A stretch of DNA of 64,000 bases, from the NCBI GenBank assembly GCA_050743365.1, contig JBOGFI010000254.1:2473-66472 (forward strand), given 5' to 3'. The notes under the pieces were generated by a model, which was not told where the DNA came from, did not search any database, and was given only the letters and a program-made list of their open reading frames with translations. Origin of the DNA: Acidimicrobiia bacterium (lineage in GTDB: Bacteria > Actinomycetota > Acidimicrobiia > IMCC26256 > JACDBD01). The translations under genes and the position numbers were made by a program. Each line of letters begins with the position of its first letter. Position 1 is the stretch's first letter. This document shows, piece after piece, positions 34,996 through 46,128 of the stretch.

Positions 34996-35818
34996 GGAGC
35001 CGTCGTTCGACTTCGACCGGGAGACCGCCGTCACCCCGCTCGGCGACGGGCGCTACGAGAGCCGGCTCGACACCGCATGGTGGGTCCATCGCGGCCCGAA
35101 CGGCGGCTACCTCGCCGCGATCGCGCTGCGAGCGCTCACGGACGCCGTGGACGACCCCACTCGGGCGCCGCGCTCCCTCACCGTCCATTACGCCGCGCCG
35201 CCGGCAGAGGGGAGGCTCGAGATCGCGACCACGATCGAGCGGGCCGGCCGCTCGCTGAGCTCGTGCTCGGCTCGCATGGAGCAGGGCAGCCGCTTGATCG
35301 GCCTAGCGTTGGCGGCGTTCTCGGAGCCCCGACCGGGCCTCGCACTCTGCGATCTCGTCATGCCGGTCGTGCCACCTCCGGAGGACATCGAGCCGGTGGT
35401 AGTCACCCCGGACGCGCCTGCCATCGCCAGTCGGTGGGAGCACCGGCGCGCCAGCGGGGCTCCCGTCATGTTCGGCGGCGCGCCGTCGACCGAGGCGGCC
35501 GGGGCTACGTGGATCCGGCTCCCGGAGGGTCACGCGGTGGACGCGGTCGTGGCCGCTGCGATCAGCGACGCCGCGGTCCCGGCGATCTTCAGCCGGATCG
35601 ACGAGCCGATCATCGTCCCGACCGTCGACCTCACGGTCCACTTCCGCTCCGCGCTCCCGGTTCCGGGGGCGCAGCCCGACGACTTCGTGCTCGCGGCGTT
35701 CCGTACCGGCGTCGTGGCCGAGGGCTTCCTCGAGGAGGACGGCGAGATCTGGAGCAGGGACGGCGTGCTCGTCGCCCAGTCGCGCCAGCTCGCCGCCGTG
35801 CTGCCGCTCCCGGGCTGA
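34994..35818 (+). CDS. Acyl-CoA thioesterase-like (double hot-dog, TesB-like) protein
   Basis: 274 aa: WWVHRGPNGGYLAAIALRA...RSLTVHYAAP...VPTVDLTVHF...EGFLEEDGEIWSRDGVLVAQSRQL. Confidence 0.75.
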   Translation: MEPSFDFDRETAVTPLGDGRYESRLDTAWWVHRGPNGGYLAAIALRALTDAVDDPTRAPRSLTVHYAAPPAEGRLEIATTIERAGRSLSSCSARMEQGSRLIGLALAAFSEPRPGLALCDLVMPVVPPPEDIEPVVVTPDAPAIASRWEHRRASGAPVMFGGAPSTEAAGATWIRLPEGHAVDAVVAAAISDAAVPAIFSRIDEPIIVPTVDLTVHFRSALPVPGAQPDDFVLAAFRTGVVAEGFLEEDGEIWSRDGVLVAQSRQLAAVLPLPG

Positions 35819-35858
35819 ACCCCCCGCCGTTCGGGGGCGGGGGGCGCTGACCTCGGGG

Positions 35859-37991
35859 TCAGCTGCTGATGCCGACCTGGTCGAGGACGAAGGCGAGGAC
35901 CAGCGCCTCGTCCCTCCAGGCGTCGTAGCGGCCCGACGGGCCCGAGTGGCCGGTGCCCAGCTCCGTCTTCAGCAGCAGCGGCCGGTCGTCGGTCTTGGTC
36001 GCCCGCAGCTTCGCGACCCACTTGGCCGGCTCCCAGTACTGCACTCGCGGGTCGTTGAGCCCGCCGGTCACGAGCATCGCGGGGTAGTCCTTGGCCTCGA
36101 CGTTGTCGTAGGGCGAGTACGACTTCATCAGCTCGTAGATCTCGGGATCAGCCACCGGGTTGCCCCACTCCTCCCACTCGGTCACGGTGAGCGGCAGGCT
36201 CTCGTCGAGGATCGTGGTGAGGCAGTCGACGAACGGCACCTCGGCGACGACGGCCCGGAAGAGGTCGGGCCGGGCGTTCACCACTGCTCCCATCAGGAGC
36301 CCGCCGGCGCTGCCCCCGCGGGCGACGAGGCGTTCCGGCGCGGTGTACCTCTCGGCGACGAGGTGTTCCGCGCAGGCGATGAAGTCGGTGAACGTATTGG
36401 TCTTGTGCGCGAGCTTCCCGTCGTCGTACCAGCGCCGCCCGAGCTCACCACCGCCGCGCACGTGGGCGATCGCCCACACGAAGCCGCGCTCGAGCAGGCT
36501 CAGGCGCACCGACGAGAACGCGGGGTCGATCGAGATCTCGTACGACCCGTAGCCGTAGAGGAGCAGGGGCGCGCGACGGTCGCGCTCGAAGCCGCGGCGG
36601 TGCACGATCGAGATCGGGATCTCGGTGCCGTCCACTTCGTTGAGCGCCCAGAGGCGGTGCGTCTCGTACTGCTCGGGGTCGAAGCCGCCGAGCACCGGCT
36701 GGCGCTTCACCACCTTCGCCCGGCGGGACTCGAGGTCGTAGTCGATGTCGGAGACCGGAGTGACGAGCGATGTGTACTCGAAGCGCAGCGTGGTGGTTGC
36801 GAACTCGGGGTTGGAACCCGTCCACGCCGAGTAGACGGGGTCGGGCATGGCCACGAGGTGACTGTCGTCGTCGGCGAGGCGCCGGACGCAGATCCGCTCG
36901 AGCCCGCCGGCTCGCTCCGAGAGGACCAGGTGCCCCGCGAACGCCTCGACGCCGTCGAGCCGTACGTCGTCGCGGTGAGGGACGATCTCCGCCCAGCTCG
37001 CCCGGTCCGGGCTCGCTGCCGGCGCGGCCATGAGCTTGAAGTTGTCCGCCCCGGCGTCGTTGGTGAGCACGAACAACCGGTCGCCGTGCTCCTCCGACGC
37101 GTGGTGCTCGACGTGGTACTCGACGCCCTGGACGCGTGACGAGACCAGCCGCCGCCCCGCTCCGGGGTCGTCGGCGTCGACGAGCCATTGCTCGGTGGTC
37201 AGCTTCGAGTCGAGGGAGACCACCACGAACCGCCCGGTGCGGGTGCGGCCGACCGAGGCGTAGAACCGGTCGTCGTCCTCCTGGTGGACCAGCGCGTCGT
37301 CGGCCGTCTCGGTACCGAGCACGTGGCGCCACACCTGCCACGGGCGCATGGCCTCGTCGGGACGGGTGTAGAGGATCGTGCGGTTGTCGTTGGCCCATGC
37401 CAGGCCGTAGTAGACGTCGGGAACGACGTCGGGCAGGTCGGCGCCGCCGTCGAGGTCACGGAAGCGCAGCTCGTAACGCTCGCCGCCGGTGACGTCGGTG
37501 GAGTAGGCCAGCAGCGCGTGGTCGGGGCTGACGGCGAAGCCGCCCAGCGCGAAGTACTCGTGCCCCGCCGCGAGCGCGTTCTCGTCGAGGAGCACCTGCT
37601 CCCCGCCATCGCCCGGTCGCGCCAGCGGGTCGGGCGGGTCGCCTTCGCCTCGCACGCGCCGGCAGTGCACCGCGTACTGCCGCCCCTCAATGGTCCGGCT
37701 GAAGTACTCGTACGGCCTGCGCGGCACGGGCGCCGACACGTCGGTCTCCTGCACGCGACCGACGATCTCGGCGTAGAGGGACTCCTGGAGCGTCTCGGTG
37801 TGTGCCATTGCCGCCCGCGTGTACGCGTTCTCCGCCTCGAGGTAGGCCAGAACGTCGGGGTCGTCGCGCTCGCGCAGCCAGTACCAGTCGTCGACGCGCT
37901 CATCGCCGTGGGCGCGCAGTATGTGCGGCCGGCGCGGCGCGAGCGGATGCCGAGGTAGGTCGGGCACCGCCGGAGTCTCGCGCGGGCGCAA
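35859..37991 (-). CDS. ptrB: S9-family serine peptidase, oligopeptidase B-like
   Basis: 710 aa. The N-terminus [31 protein letters not shown] is followed by a beta-propeller region. The catalytic serine is in [10 protein letters not shown], and the C-terminus carries GGLNDPRV and GTGHSG. Confidence 0.9.
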   Translation of the reverse strand: MRPRETPAVPDLPRHPLAPRRPHILRAHGDERVDDWYWLRERDDPDVLAYLEAENAYTRAAMAHTETLQESLYAEIVGRVQETDVSAPVPRRPYEYFSRTIEGRQYAVHCRRVRGEGDPPDPLARPGDGGEQVLLDENALAAGHEYFALGGFAVSPDHALLAYSTDVTGGERYELRFRDLDGGADLPDVVPDVYYGLAWANDNRTILYTRPDEAMRPWQVWRHVLGTETADDALVHQEDDDRFYASVGRTRTGRFVVVSLDSKLTTEQWLVDADDPGAGRRLVSSRVQGVEYHVEHHASEEHGDRLFVLTNDAGADNFKLMAAPAASPDRASWAEIVPHRDDVRLDGVEAFAGHLVLSERAGGLERICVRRLADDDSHLVAMPDPVYSAWTGSNPEFATTTLRFEYTSLVTPVSDIDYDLESRRAKVVKRQPVLGGFDPEQYETHRLWALNEVDGTEIPISIVHRRGFERDRRAPLLLYGYGSYEISIDPAFSSVRLSLLERGFVWAIAHVRGGGELGRRWYDDGKLAHKTNTFTDFIACAEHLVAERYTAPERLVARGGSAGGLLMGAVVNARPDLFRAVVAEVPFVDCLTTILDESLPLTVTEWEEWGNPVADPEIYELMKSYSPYDNVEAKDYPAMLVTGGLNDPRVQYWEPAKWVAKLRATKTDDRPLLLKTELGTGHSGPSGRYDAWRDEALVLAFVLDQVGISS

Positions 37992-38034
37992 ACCAGGTCG
38001 GATGCCAGAGGGCGACGACTACCCTGGCCATCTC

Positions 38035-38412
38035 ATGCCGACCGCGACGCCGATCGCCGCCACCGCCGAGGAGCTGGCCGCGGTCGCGTACGACGCCGAC
38101 GGTCTCGTCCCCGCCATCGTCCAGGAGCGGGGGACCGGACAGGTGCTCATGCTCGCCTGGATGGACGACGAAGCACTCCGCCGCACGCTCGACGAGGGCC
38201 GCACGTGGTTCTGGAGCCGCCGCCGGCAGGAGCACTGGCGCAAGGGCGACACGTCGGGCGACCGGCAGTGGGTCCGCGAGGCCTACTACGACTGCGACCT
38301 CGACACGGTGCTGGTGGTGGTGGAGCAGGAGGGACGGGGCGCGTGCCACACCGGTGAGCGCAGCTGCTTCTTCCGGGCCTTCGGATCGAGCGCGACGCCG
38401 GACACGCGTTGA
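38035..38412 (+). CDS. hisI: Phosphoribosyl-AMP cyclohydrolase
   Basis: [26 protein letters not shown]...[18 protein letters not shown]...[29 protein letters not shown] 38002 is an alternative start. Confidence 0.9.
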   Translation: MPTATPIAATAEELAAVAYDADGLVPAIVQERGTGQVLMLAWMDDEALRRTLDEGRTWFWSRRRQEHWRKGDTSGDRQWVREAYYDCDLDTVLVVVEQEGRGACHTGERSCFFRAFGSSATPDTR

Positions 38413-39935
38413 GCGGGCTTTCGCGCGACGACTTCCTCGCACTGGCGCGCGATCACACCGTCGTCCCGGTGTGGCGGGAGGTCCTGGCCGACCTCGAGAC
38501 GCCGCTGTCGGCGTTCGTCAAGCTGGTGGGTGACCGCGAGGGCTTCCTGCTCGAGTCGGTCGAGCACGGCGAGCGCTGGGGACGGTTCTCGTTCGTGGGT
38601 CGCGACCCGGCGCTCACGGTGATCGCCCGCGGGTGGGCGGTGGAGCTCGCGGGGCGCGCCACCCCGCCCCCCGGCATCCCGACCGGGGAGGGCGCGCTGG
38701 CCGCCCTCGAGGCGATCATGTCGTGGTACCGCGCGCCTCGGCTGCCCGATCTGCCGCCGTTCCACGGCGGACTGGTGGGCTACCTCGGCTACGACGTCGT
38801 GCGCGAGATCGAGCGGCTGCCCGACGTTCCCCGCGATGACCTCGACTATCCCGACGCGGTGCTGTCGCTCACCGGTCACGTCACCGCCTTCGATCACTTC
38901 CGCCAGCGCCTGTACCTCATCGAGAACGTGCTGCTGACGCCGGGCGCCCCGGATCGGGATGCCGCGGCCGCCTACGACGACGCCCAGTCGCGGCTCGAGG
39001 CCCGGGTCGACGAGCTCGCCCGGCCGCTGCCGTACGTGCCGTCGCCGCCCCCGGGTGAGCTCGACGAGCTGCCGGAGTTCAGGTCGACGATGCCGGGCGG
39101 GCTGTTCCAGGCGGCGGTCGAGGCGGCCCGCGAGTACATCCTCGCCGGCGACATCTTCGAGATCATCCTGGCCCAGCGCTTCGACCTCGAAGGCGAATTC
39201 GATCCGTTCGAGGTGTACCGCGTGCTGCGCCAGGTCAACCCGTCGCCGTACATGTACTTCCTCCGTCACGCGGAGGCGAGCGTCGTCGGATCGTCGCCGG
39301 AGGCGCTCGTACAGCTGCTCGACGGTCGCGTCGTCAGTCGTCCGATCGCGGGGACCCGCTGGCGGGGCCGCACCGAGGAGCACGATCGGCGCATGGCGGC
39401 CGAGCTGAGCGAGAACCCCAAGGAGCGCGCCGAGCACATCATGCTGGTCGACCTCGCCCGCAACGACGTCGGACGCGTCGTGCGCTTCGGCACGGAGAAG
39501 GTGGACGAGCTGATGACGCTCGAGCGCTACTCCCACGTCATGCACCTCACCAGCCAGGTGTCGGGCGAGCTGGCGGGCGACAAGAACGCGATCGACGTGC
39601 TGAGGGCGACGTTCCCCGCCGGTACCGTCAGCGGGGCTCCCAAGGTGCGGGCCATGCAGATCATCGACGAGCTCGAGCCGGTCAAGCGGGGACCGTACGC
39701 GGGAGTGGTCGGCTACCTGGACTTCTCCGGGAACCTCGACACCGCCATCGCCATCCGCACCATGATCTGGCGTAACGGGCGAGCGAGCGTGGCGGCGGGG
39801 GCAGGCGTCGTCGCCGACTCCGACCCGGACGACGAGGACCTGGAATGCCACAACAAGGCGCGGGCGTTGCTCACGGCGGCAGCCGCCGCCCGGCGGCTCG
39901 CTCCGCTGTCGAGCCCCACGGAGGCGGTGCGATGA
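38409..39935 (+). CDS. trpE: Anthranilate synthase component I
   Basis: The TTG start overlaps the hisI stop (TTGA). Sequence includes [56 protein letters not shown] and AIRT. Confidence 0.95.
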   Translation: MSGLSRDDFLALARDHTVVPVWREVLADLETPLSAFVKLVGDREGFLLESVEHGERWGRFSFVGRDPALTVIARGWAVELAGRATPPPGIPTGEGALAALEAIMSWYRAPRLPDLPPFHGGLVGYLGYDVVREIERLPDVPRDDLDYPDAVLSLTGHVTAFDHFRQRLYLIENVLLTPGAPDRDAAAAYDDAQSRLEARVDELARPLPYVPSPPPGELDELPEFRSTMPGGLFQAAVEAAREYILAGDIFEIILAQRFDLEGEFDPFEVYRVLRQVNPSPYMYFLRHAEASVVGSSPEALVQLLDGRVVSRPIAGTRWRGRTEEHDRRMAAELSENPKERAEHIMLVDLARNDVGRVVRFGTEKVDELMTLERYSHVMHLTSQVSGELAGDKNAIDVLRATFPAGTVSGAPKVRAMQIIDELEPVKRGPYAGVVGYLDFSGNLDTAIAIRTMIWRNGRASVAAGAGVVADSDPDDEDLECHNKARALLTAAAAARRLAPLSSPTEAVR

Positions 39936-40816
39936 GCGAGACGACGTGGATGGCCCGCCCGCCCCGCGACGTCGTCGTGGCGTCGGGACCCAGCGCGCTC
40001 TCGTTCCTTCAGAGCCTGGTGTCGCAGGATCTCGATCGGCTGGCGGACCGGCAGAGCGCGCACTCGTTGCTGCTGACGCCGCAGGGAAAGCTCGACGTCG
40101 ACTTCCAAATCGCGCTGGTCGGTGACGAGGCCTGGCTGGTGTGCGAGGGCGGGTTCGGCGAGCATCTCGCCGCCTCGCTCGATCGGTTCAAGATCAGGGT
40201 GCAGGTCGCACTGGCCGAACGCCGGGACTTCGCGGCCCTCGCCGTCCGCGGTCCGGAGCCGGCCGCTCGTACGCGGCCCGGAGACGACACGGTCGTGGTG
40301 CCCGTGCCGTGGCCCGGGGGCGACCGGTTCGACGTGGTCGGTCTTGCCCCGGCCGTCGACGAGGTGGAGGCCGCGCTGGCAGAGTCCGGGGTGGCTCGAA
40401 TCGACGATGACGCCTACGAGGCGCTGCGAATCGAGGCCGGCGTCCCCCGGCAGGGGCTCGACACCGACGAGAAGACGATCCCCCAGGAAGCGTTTCTGGA
40501 GCGCGACGCGGTCTCGTTCGACAAGGGCTGCTTCCTCGGACAGGAGCTCGTGTGCCGCATCGACACGCGGGGTCGTGTGAACCGTCACCTGCGCAAGCTG
40601 GGCTCCATCGAGGGCGACCGCCCGCCGCGAGGCGCCGAGATCCTGGTCGGCGACCGGGTCGTCGGCGCCGTGACCAGCTCGGTCGATGCCGGCGAGCTGC
40701 CTCCGGCGGCGCTCGGCTACGTGCGCCGCGAGGTCGAGCCCCCCGCCCCGGTGGCGCTGCGCTGGGACGGCGGCGAAGCGCACGCGGTGGCGGAGGCGCT
40801 GCCGATGCAGTTGTGA
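39932..40816 (+). CDS. ygfZ: YgfZ/GcvT-like folate-binding protein
   Basis: The ATG overlaps the trpE stop (ATGA). Sequence includes SLLLTPQGKL, YEALRIEAGVP, IPQEAFLE..AVSFDKGCFLGQE and RGRVNRHL. Confidence 0.8.
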   Translation: MSETTWMARPPRDVVVASGPSALSFLQSLVSQDLDRLADRQSAHSLLLTPQGKLDVDFQIALVGDEAWLVCEGGFGEHLAASLDRFKIRVQVALAERRDFAALAVRGPEPAARTRPGDDTVVVPVPWPGGDRFDVVGLAPAVDEVEAALAESGVARIDDDAYEALRIEAGVPRQGLDTDEKTIPQEAFLERDAVSFDKGCFLGQELVCRIDTRGRVNRHLRKLGSIEGDRPPRGAEILVGDRVVGAVTSSVDAGELPPAALGYVRREVEPPAPVALRWDGGEAHAVAEALPMQL

Positions 40817-41061
40817 GCACCGCGCTCCTCGTCTACGGCTACCCCGCGTCGGTCGCGGTCATCGCCCGCTGGGTCCCGGTGGTGCGCGAGCGTCGGTGGG
40901 GGTGGCTCGCCGTCCATCACAGCGGCGTGGCGGCGATCGTCACCGGCTGGGCGCTGAAAGGCAACACCCGCAGTGTGATCGTGAACTCGAGCTGGCTCGT
41001 GGCGTCGTCGGTCTGGTTCGCTCTGGGCGGGAGGCGGCAGGCCGGGAACGGTCGACTCTGA
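40813..41061 (+). CDS. Hypothetical small membrane protein (82 aa)
   Basis: The GTG overlaps the ygfZ stop (GTGA). There are three hydrophobic segments. The position is analogous to the Trp-operon-associated membrane protein of other actinobacteria, but this ORF is much shorter. Confidence 0.5.
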   Translation: MSTALLVYGYPASVAVIARWVPVVRERRWGWLAVHHSGVAAIVTGWALKGNTRSVIVNSSWLVASSVWFALGGRRQAGNGRL

Positions 41062-41094
41062 CCGTGCTATCAGTTACCTAGAAACGCGCACTGA

Positions 41095-42561
41095 TCAGCG
41101 CGCCGCGGGGATCTCCACCACGAACCGGGTGCCGGCGCCGTCGACGCGCTGGGCCTCGGCGGTCCCGCCCATCGCAGCCGACAGCTCGCGCACGATGGCG
41201 AGGCCGAGCCCGGTGCCGACCTTGCGGCCCGGCGCAGTACGTGAGGTGTAGAGCCGGTCGAAGACGCGCGGCAGGTCGGCGGGGTCGATGCCGGGCCCGT
41301 CGTCGTCGACCCGGAGCTGCACGCGCCCGTCTCGTGCCGTCACCCCGATCGTGACGCGCGACTGTGCGTACTTCAGCGCGTTCTCCACCAGGTTGGCGAC
41401 GATCTGCCCCAGACGCTCGGCGTCGGCGTCGGCGGGGACCGGCTCGCCGGCGGTGAGCGCCAGCTCCACCCCGATCTCGGAGGCCTCGGGCCGGAACGCC
41501 TCCACCGCCTCGCCCACGACGTGCCGGGCGTCGACCGGCTGCGGGGTCAGCGAGAACTGGTGCGCGTCGAGGCGGGCCAGGTCGAGCAGGTCGGCGACCA
41601 ACCGCTCGAGCCGGCGGGCCTCCGAGGCGATGATGGCAGCCGCACGCGCCTGGTCCTCTCGCCCTTCGACAGCGCCGTCGGCGATGGCCTCGGCGTAGCC
41701 CTTGATGGAGGTCAACGGCGTGCGGAGGTCGTGCGAGACGCTCAGGAGGAAGCCCCGCTCGAGGCCGCGCGCGGCTTCGAGCTCGGCCGCCATCCGGTCG
41801 AGGGCATGCCCGAGGCCCGCCAGCTCGTCGTCGGCGTGGCGGCCGAGGCCGACGCGGGCCGACAGGTCGCCGGCGGCGATCCTCCTCGCCACGCTCTCCA
41901 TCGCCGCGAGCGGGCGCGTCAGGCGGCCGGCGAGATAGGCGGCCACCAGGATCGCGACCACGAGGGCGAGGCCGGCGGCCAGCAGGAAGAACGGCGCGGC
42001 GCGTCCGAGCGGGTTGGTCTCGATGTCCTCGGTGACGATCAGCACCGGGGTGTTGGCCGCGTCATCGGCGGCGAGCGGCTCGGCCACGAACGCCACCGAA
42101 CCGCGATGTCCGCTCTGCTCCCGCCCGTTCGTCAGAGCCTCGACGTCGAGATCGTCGGGCTCCAGGCCCTCGGGCAGCGCCAGGAGGCCGGCGTCGGCGG
42201 CCGCGGGTCCTGCACCGAGGATCCCGGTGACGTCCTCGACCACGCGTCCGTCGCCGGTGATCACGACGGCGGTGCCACCGGAGATGCGCAGGACACCACT
42301 CACGAGATCCGCGATCTGCCTCCGAACGCCATCAGCGTTGCTTCCGGGATTGGCGCGCAGGCGCTGAAACCGGTCGCGCAGTCGGTCCAGCGCGTCAGCG
42401 ACGGGTGGAGCATCCTCCCGGAGGTCGCGGATGGCGGCGTCGGTGGCGGTCCGGCGGGCGAGGGCGGCGGTGCCGGCGGCGCTGAGCACCAGCACCCCGA
42501 ACGCGACCACCACGATGGCGACGAGCAGCCGCGTGCGGAAGCGCGGGGTCGGGCGTCTCAC
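41095..42561 (-). CDS. Sensor histidine kinase (TM - extracytoplasmic domain - TM - HAMP - HisKA - HATPase_c)
   Basis: GTG 42561 overlaps the response regulator stop (GTGA). The H-box is FLLSVSHDLRTPLTSIKGY, the N-box is NLVENALKY, and the G-box is GTGLGLAIV. Confidence 0.9.
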   Translation of the reverse strand: MRRPTPRFRTRLLVAIVVVAFGVLVLSAAGTAALARRTATDAAIRDLREDAPPVADALDRLRDRFQRLRANPGSNADGVRRQIADLVSGVLRISGGTAVVITGDGRVVEDVTGILGAGPAAADAGLLALPEGLEPDDLDVEALTNGREQSGHRGSVAFVAEPLAADDAANTPVLIVTEDIETNPLGRAAPFFLLAAGLALVVAILVAAYLAGRLTRPLAAMESVARRIAAGDLSARVGLGRHADDELAGLGHALDRMAAELEAARGLERGFLLSVSHDLRTPLTSIKGYAEAIADGAVEGREDQARAAAIIASEARRLERLVADLLDLARLDAHQFSLTPQPVDARHVVGEAVEAFRPEASEIGVELALTAGEPVPADADAERLGQIVANLVENALKYAQSRVTIGVTARDGRVQLRVDDDGPGIDPADLPRVFDRLYTSRTAPGRKVGTGLGLAIVRELSAAMGGTAEAQRVDGAGTRFVVEIPAAR

Positions 42562-43274
42562 CGGCGGGAGGCGGGCCGCTCCGGCGCCGAGGACTCGAGT
42601 CGGTAGCCGACGCCGCGCACGGTCTTGATCGTGACCGCGTCGCCGAGCTTCTTGCGGACCTGCGCGATGTGCACGTCGACGGTCCGGGCGTCGCCGAACC
42701 AGTCGTAGCCCCACACGCCGTCGAGGATCTGCTGACGGCTGAGCGCGAGGCCGGGACGTTCGGCGAGGTAGCGGAGGAGGTCGAGCTCCTTTGTCGTCAG
42801 CTCGACCGGCTCGTCGTCGACGCGGACCTCGCGGCGCCCGACGTCGACGGTGGCCCGCCCCGCTTGCAGGACCTCGGGCGCGGGGCCGCCGTCGGTACGG
42901 CGCAGCACCGCCTTCACCCGCGCCACGAGCTCGGCGGGTGAGAACGGCTTCGTGAGGTAGTCGTCCGCCCCGAGCTCGAGGCCCAGCACCCGGTCGACCT
43001 CGCCGTCACGGGCGGTGAGGAAGATGATCGGGATCTGCGACGTGGCCCGGATCCGCTTGCACACCTCCAGGCCGTCGAGGTCGGGCAGACCGACGTCGAG
43101 CACGACCAGACGGGGCCGGTGGTCGCGCACCGCCCGAAGGCCCGCCTCGCCGTCGGCCGCCTGGAGGACCCGGAAGCCCTCCCGCGCGAGGTAGAGGTCG
43201 ACGAGATCGGCGATGTTGGCCTCGTCGTCGACCACGACGATCGTCCCCTTGCTGTCACTGGCCATCGTGCCCAT
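42558..43274 (-). CDS. OmpR/PhoB-family response regulator
   Basis: The receiver domain has VVVDDE...LVVLDVGLPDLDG...TARD...GADDYLTKPF. The winged-helix output has LTTKELDLLRYL...TVDVHIAQVRKKL...RGVGYRL. Confidence 0.95.
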   Translation of the reverse strand: MGTMASDSKGTIVVVDDEANIADLVDLYLAREGFRVLQAADGEAGLRAVRDHRPRLVVLDVGLPDLDGLEVCKRIRATSQIPIIFLTARDGEVDRVLGLELGADDYLTKPFSPAELVARVKAVLRRTDGGPAPEVLQAGRATVDVGRREVRVDDEPVELTTKELDLLRYLAERPGLALSRQQILDGVWGYDWFGDARTVDVHIAQVRKKLGDAVTIKTVRGVGYRLESSAPERPASRR

Positions 43275-43365
43275 GGTCGCACGATCTCCCGTCCGAGCGG
43301 TGCCAGAGCAACCCCAGTGTCCGACGCGTTCGCGGCGCGGCGATGAGGAGAACGTTCGTGGATTG

Positions 43366-44538
43366 TTAGGCGTCGAGCCGGTTGGTACGGGCGATGTCGC
43401 CCAGCCAGCGGGCGCTCGGCTTGGGGGTGCGCTCCTGGGTCTCCCGGTCCACGGCGATGAGGCCGAACGTGGGCTTGTAGCCGAGGGCCCACTCGAAGTT
43501 GTCCATCGCCGACCAGCAGAAGTAGCCGCGGACGTCGATGCCGTCGTCGAGGCAGCGGCGGAGGCCGCGGAGCGCCTCGGTGACGTACTCGATGCGCTGG
43601 CTGTCGTCGTCGGTGCCGATGCCGTTCTCGGTGACGTAGATCGGCACCTGCGCGATCTCGGCCGCCCGCCGCACCGTCGCCTCGAGCGACTGGGGCCAGA
43701 ACTCGTAGCCCATGAGCGTGGTGCGCACGCCCTCCTCGGGGCCCAGAATGCCGTCGGGGCCGAACCGGAGCCGGCTGTACATCTGCGCTCCGAGGTAGTC
43801 GTCGCCGCGCGCCGCCTCCAGGAAGACGTCCTCCATGCGGTGGCGGGCGTCGTGCATCGCCGCCTCGCCCCCCGGTACGGCCTGGAAGTCCTGCATCGAG
43901 AGCGTCAGCCCGACCGGCGCGTCGCCGGGTCCGGCCTTGATGGCGTCGTAGGCGAGGCGATGGGCGCGGATGATGGTGTCGTTGGCGCGCTGGTACGCGT
44001 CGAGGTCGCGCTTGCCGGGCGGGAACACACCGAGGTAATGGCCCATGAGCGCCACGATGTTGGGCTCGTTGATCGTGCAGTGGATGCCGACGTCCTCGCC
44101 GAGATGGCCGGCGGCCCGCTCGCAGAACCGGGCAAAGCGCTCCGCCGTGACCGGGTCTTCCCAGCGGGCGGTACCCACGACTGCCCACCTCGGCGTCGTG
44201 AAGTGGTGGTAGGTCACCACCGGCACGAGACCGTGCGCCCGGCAGCACGCGATCATGCGGTGGTAATGGTCGATGGCGTTGCGCGAGAACTCACCCTCCT
44301 CCGGCTCGATGCGCGACCACTCGAGCGAGAACCGGTACGCCCCGAACCCGAGGTCCGCGAGCAGGGCGATGTCGTCGGGGTAGCGCCAGAAGTGGTCGCA
44401 CGCGTCGCCCGACGGCTCCACGCACGGCGAGTCGGGATTGTGCTCCCACATCCACCAGTCGTTGTTCCAGTTGCCTCCCTCCACCTGGTGCGCGGCGGTG
44501 GCGGTGCCCCACACGAACCCGTCGGGAAACTCGATCAT
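43366..44538 (-). CDS. GH1 beta-glucosidase
   Basis: ATG 44538 gives FPDGFVWGTATAAHQVEGG. The acid/base residue is in TINEPN, the nucleophile is in YVTENG, and WSAMDNFEW is present. Confidence 0.95.
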   Translation of the reverse strand: MIEFPDGFVWGTATAAHQVEGGNWNNDWWMWEHNPDSPCVEPSGDACDHFWRYPDDIALLADLGFGAYRFSLEWSRIEPEEGEFSRNAIDHYHRMIACCRAHGLVPVVTYHHFTTPRWAVVGTARWEDPVTAERFARFCERAAGHLGEDVGIHCTINEPNIVALMGHYLGVFPPGKRDLDAYQRANDTIIRAHRLAYDAIKAGPGDAPVGLTLSMQDFQAVPGGEAAMHDARHRMEDVFLEAARGDDYLGAQMYSRLRFGPDGILGPEEGVRTTLMGYEFWPQSLEATVRRAAEIAQVPIYVTENGIGTDDDSQRIEYVTEALRGLRRCLDDGIDVRGYFCWSAMDNFEWALGYKPTFGLIAVDRETQERTPKPSARWLGDIARTNRLDA

Positions 44539-44579
44539 GGGCGGGGAATCTAGGCGGTCCGCCGTACACTGCGTCGGCG

Positions 44580-45380
44580 ATGGGCGTGCTGGACGAGATC
44601 CTGGCGGCGAAGCGCGACGAGGTGACGCTGCTGCATCAGCCGGCCGCTCGCGACGCGATCCGCAAGGCCGCGCTCGAGGCGCCGCCGCCCCGCGACTTCG
44701 TCGGGGCACTGCGCCGCGAGGACGGCCGCCTCGCCGTCGTGGCCGAGATCAAGCGCCGATCGCCCTCGAAGGGAGAGCTCGCGCCCGGGCTCGATCCGGG
44801 GGTCACCGCCAAGGCCTACGAAACGGGTGGCGCGGCGGCTCTGTCGGTGCTGACCGACCGGCCGTTCTTCAGCGGGTCGGTCGACGACCTGCGCGCCGCC
44901 CGCGACGTCACGAGCCTGCCGGTGCTGCGCAAGGACTTCACCATCGACGAGACGCAGGTGTTCGAGGGGCGCGCCATCGGCGCCGACGCGCTGCTACTCA
45001 TCGTCGCCGCGCTGCCCGACGACCCCCTGCTGGCCGACCTGCACGCGCTGGCGGTCGAGCTCGGCCTGGCCGCGGTGGTCGAGGTGCACGACGAGACGGA
45101 GCTCGACCGGGCTCTGATCGCCGGCGCCCGCGTGGTGGGGGTGAACTGCCGGGACCTCGGCACGTTCGAGGAGGACCTGGCGGTGGCCGAGCATCTGGCG
45201 GTCCGGATCCCGCCCGGCGTGGTCGCGGTGGCCGAGAGCGCGATCCGCGGGCCGGGCGACGCCCGCCGCATGGCCGGCGCCGGCTTCGACGCGGTGCTCG
45301 TCGGGGAGACGCTCGTGCGCTCGCCGGACCCCACCGCCGCGGTGCGGGAGCTGGCCGGGCTCTCGGCGCGGCGGCGTTGA
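44580..45380 (+). CDS. trpC: Indole-3-glycerol-phosphate synthase
   Basis: VVAEIKRRSPSKG, ALSVLTD..FF.GS, PVLRKDF, DALLLIVA, VEVHD, VGVNCRDL. Confidence 0.95.
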   Translation: MGVLDEILAAKRDEVTLLHQPAARDAIRKAALEAPPPRDFVGALRREDGRLAVVAEIKRRSPSKGELAPGLDPGVTAKAYETGGAAALSVLTDRPFFSGSVDDLRAARDVTSLPVLRKDFTIDETQVFEGRAIGADALLLIVAALPDDPLLADLHALAVELGLAAVVEVHDETELDRALIAGARVVGVNCRDLGTFEEDLAVAEHLAVRIPPGVVAVAESAIRGPGDARRMAGAGFDAVLVGETLVRSPDPTAAVRELAGLSARRR

Positions 45381-45422
45381 TCGGCACGGGCGGCGGCGAG
45401 CGGTCCGGTACCTTCTCCTGCG

Positions 45423-46103
45423 ATGTTCGTGAAGGTGTGCGGCATCACGTCCGAGGACGACGCCCTCCTGGCGGTCGCCCTGGGCGCCGACGCGCTCGGG
45501 TTCGTCCTCGCGCCCGGAAGCCCGCGCCAGGTGCGGCCGTCCGAGGCGCGTGACATCGTCAGCCGCCTCCCGCGCGGCGAGGTGATCACCGTCGGCGTCT
45601 TCCGCGACGAGCGTCCCGAGCGCGTGGCCGAGATCGTCAACACCGTCGGCCTCAAGGGAGCGCAGCTGCACGGCCGCGAGCCGCTCTCCGACGTCCGTTA
45701 CGTGCGGGAGCGGGTACCGCTGGTGATCCAGGCGTTCGCGGCCGGGGACCCGGCGGTGGCGGCGGCGGCCAACGGCCCCGCCGACGTCGTGCTCATCGAC
45801 GCGCCCGCCCCCGGCTCGGGCCGGGTGTTCGACTGGGCGTTGGCCGAGCGCCCGCCGGGCGGCATGCGCCTCCTGCTCGCGGGCGGCCTGACGCCCGGCA
45901 ACGTGGGGCCCGCCATCCGGCAGGTGCGTCCCTGGGGCGTCGACGTGTCGAGCGGCGTCGAGACGTCGCCGGGCAGCGGCCGGAAGGACCCTCGCCGGCT
46001 GAGGCGGTTCGTGGAGGCGGCGAAGGAGGCGGGCCGTGAGCTCGCGCAGGAGGGATGGGTCGCCGGTCCCGACCTCCCCTACGACTGGCAGGACGAGGAG
46101 TAG
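45423..46103 (+). CDS. trpF: Phosphoribosylanthranilate isomerase
   Basis: [14 protein letters not shown]...GADALGFV...SPRQV...GAQLHG...LLAGGL.P.NV...[11 protein letters not shown]. Confidence 0.9.
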   Translation: MFVKVCGITSEDDALLAVALGADALGFVLAPGSPRQVRPSEARDIVSRLPRGEVITVGVFRDERPERVAEIVNTVGLKGAQLHGREPLSDVRYVRERVPLVIQAFAAGDPAVAAAANGPADVVLIDAPAPGSGRVFDWALAERPPGGMRLLLAGGLTPGNVGPAIRQVRPWGVDVSSGVETSPGSGRKDPRRLRRFVEAAKEAGRELAQEGWVAGPDLPYDWQDEE

Positions 46104-46128
46104 CGGGGACCCCCGTATCATCGCCCGC

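Noticed and set aside
38380-38420. Trp leader peptide or attenuator in front of trpE
   Set aside because: The trpE TTG start overlaps the hisI stop (TTGA), which leaves no leader region. No Trp-rich mini-ORF is present.
41062-41094. Weak inverted repeat ATCAGT-N17-ACTGAT between the small membrane gene and the histidine kinase stop
   Set aside because: The stem is only 6 bp with a large loop and no U-tract, so it is not distinguishable from chance.
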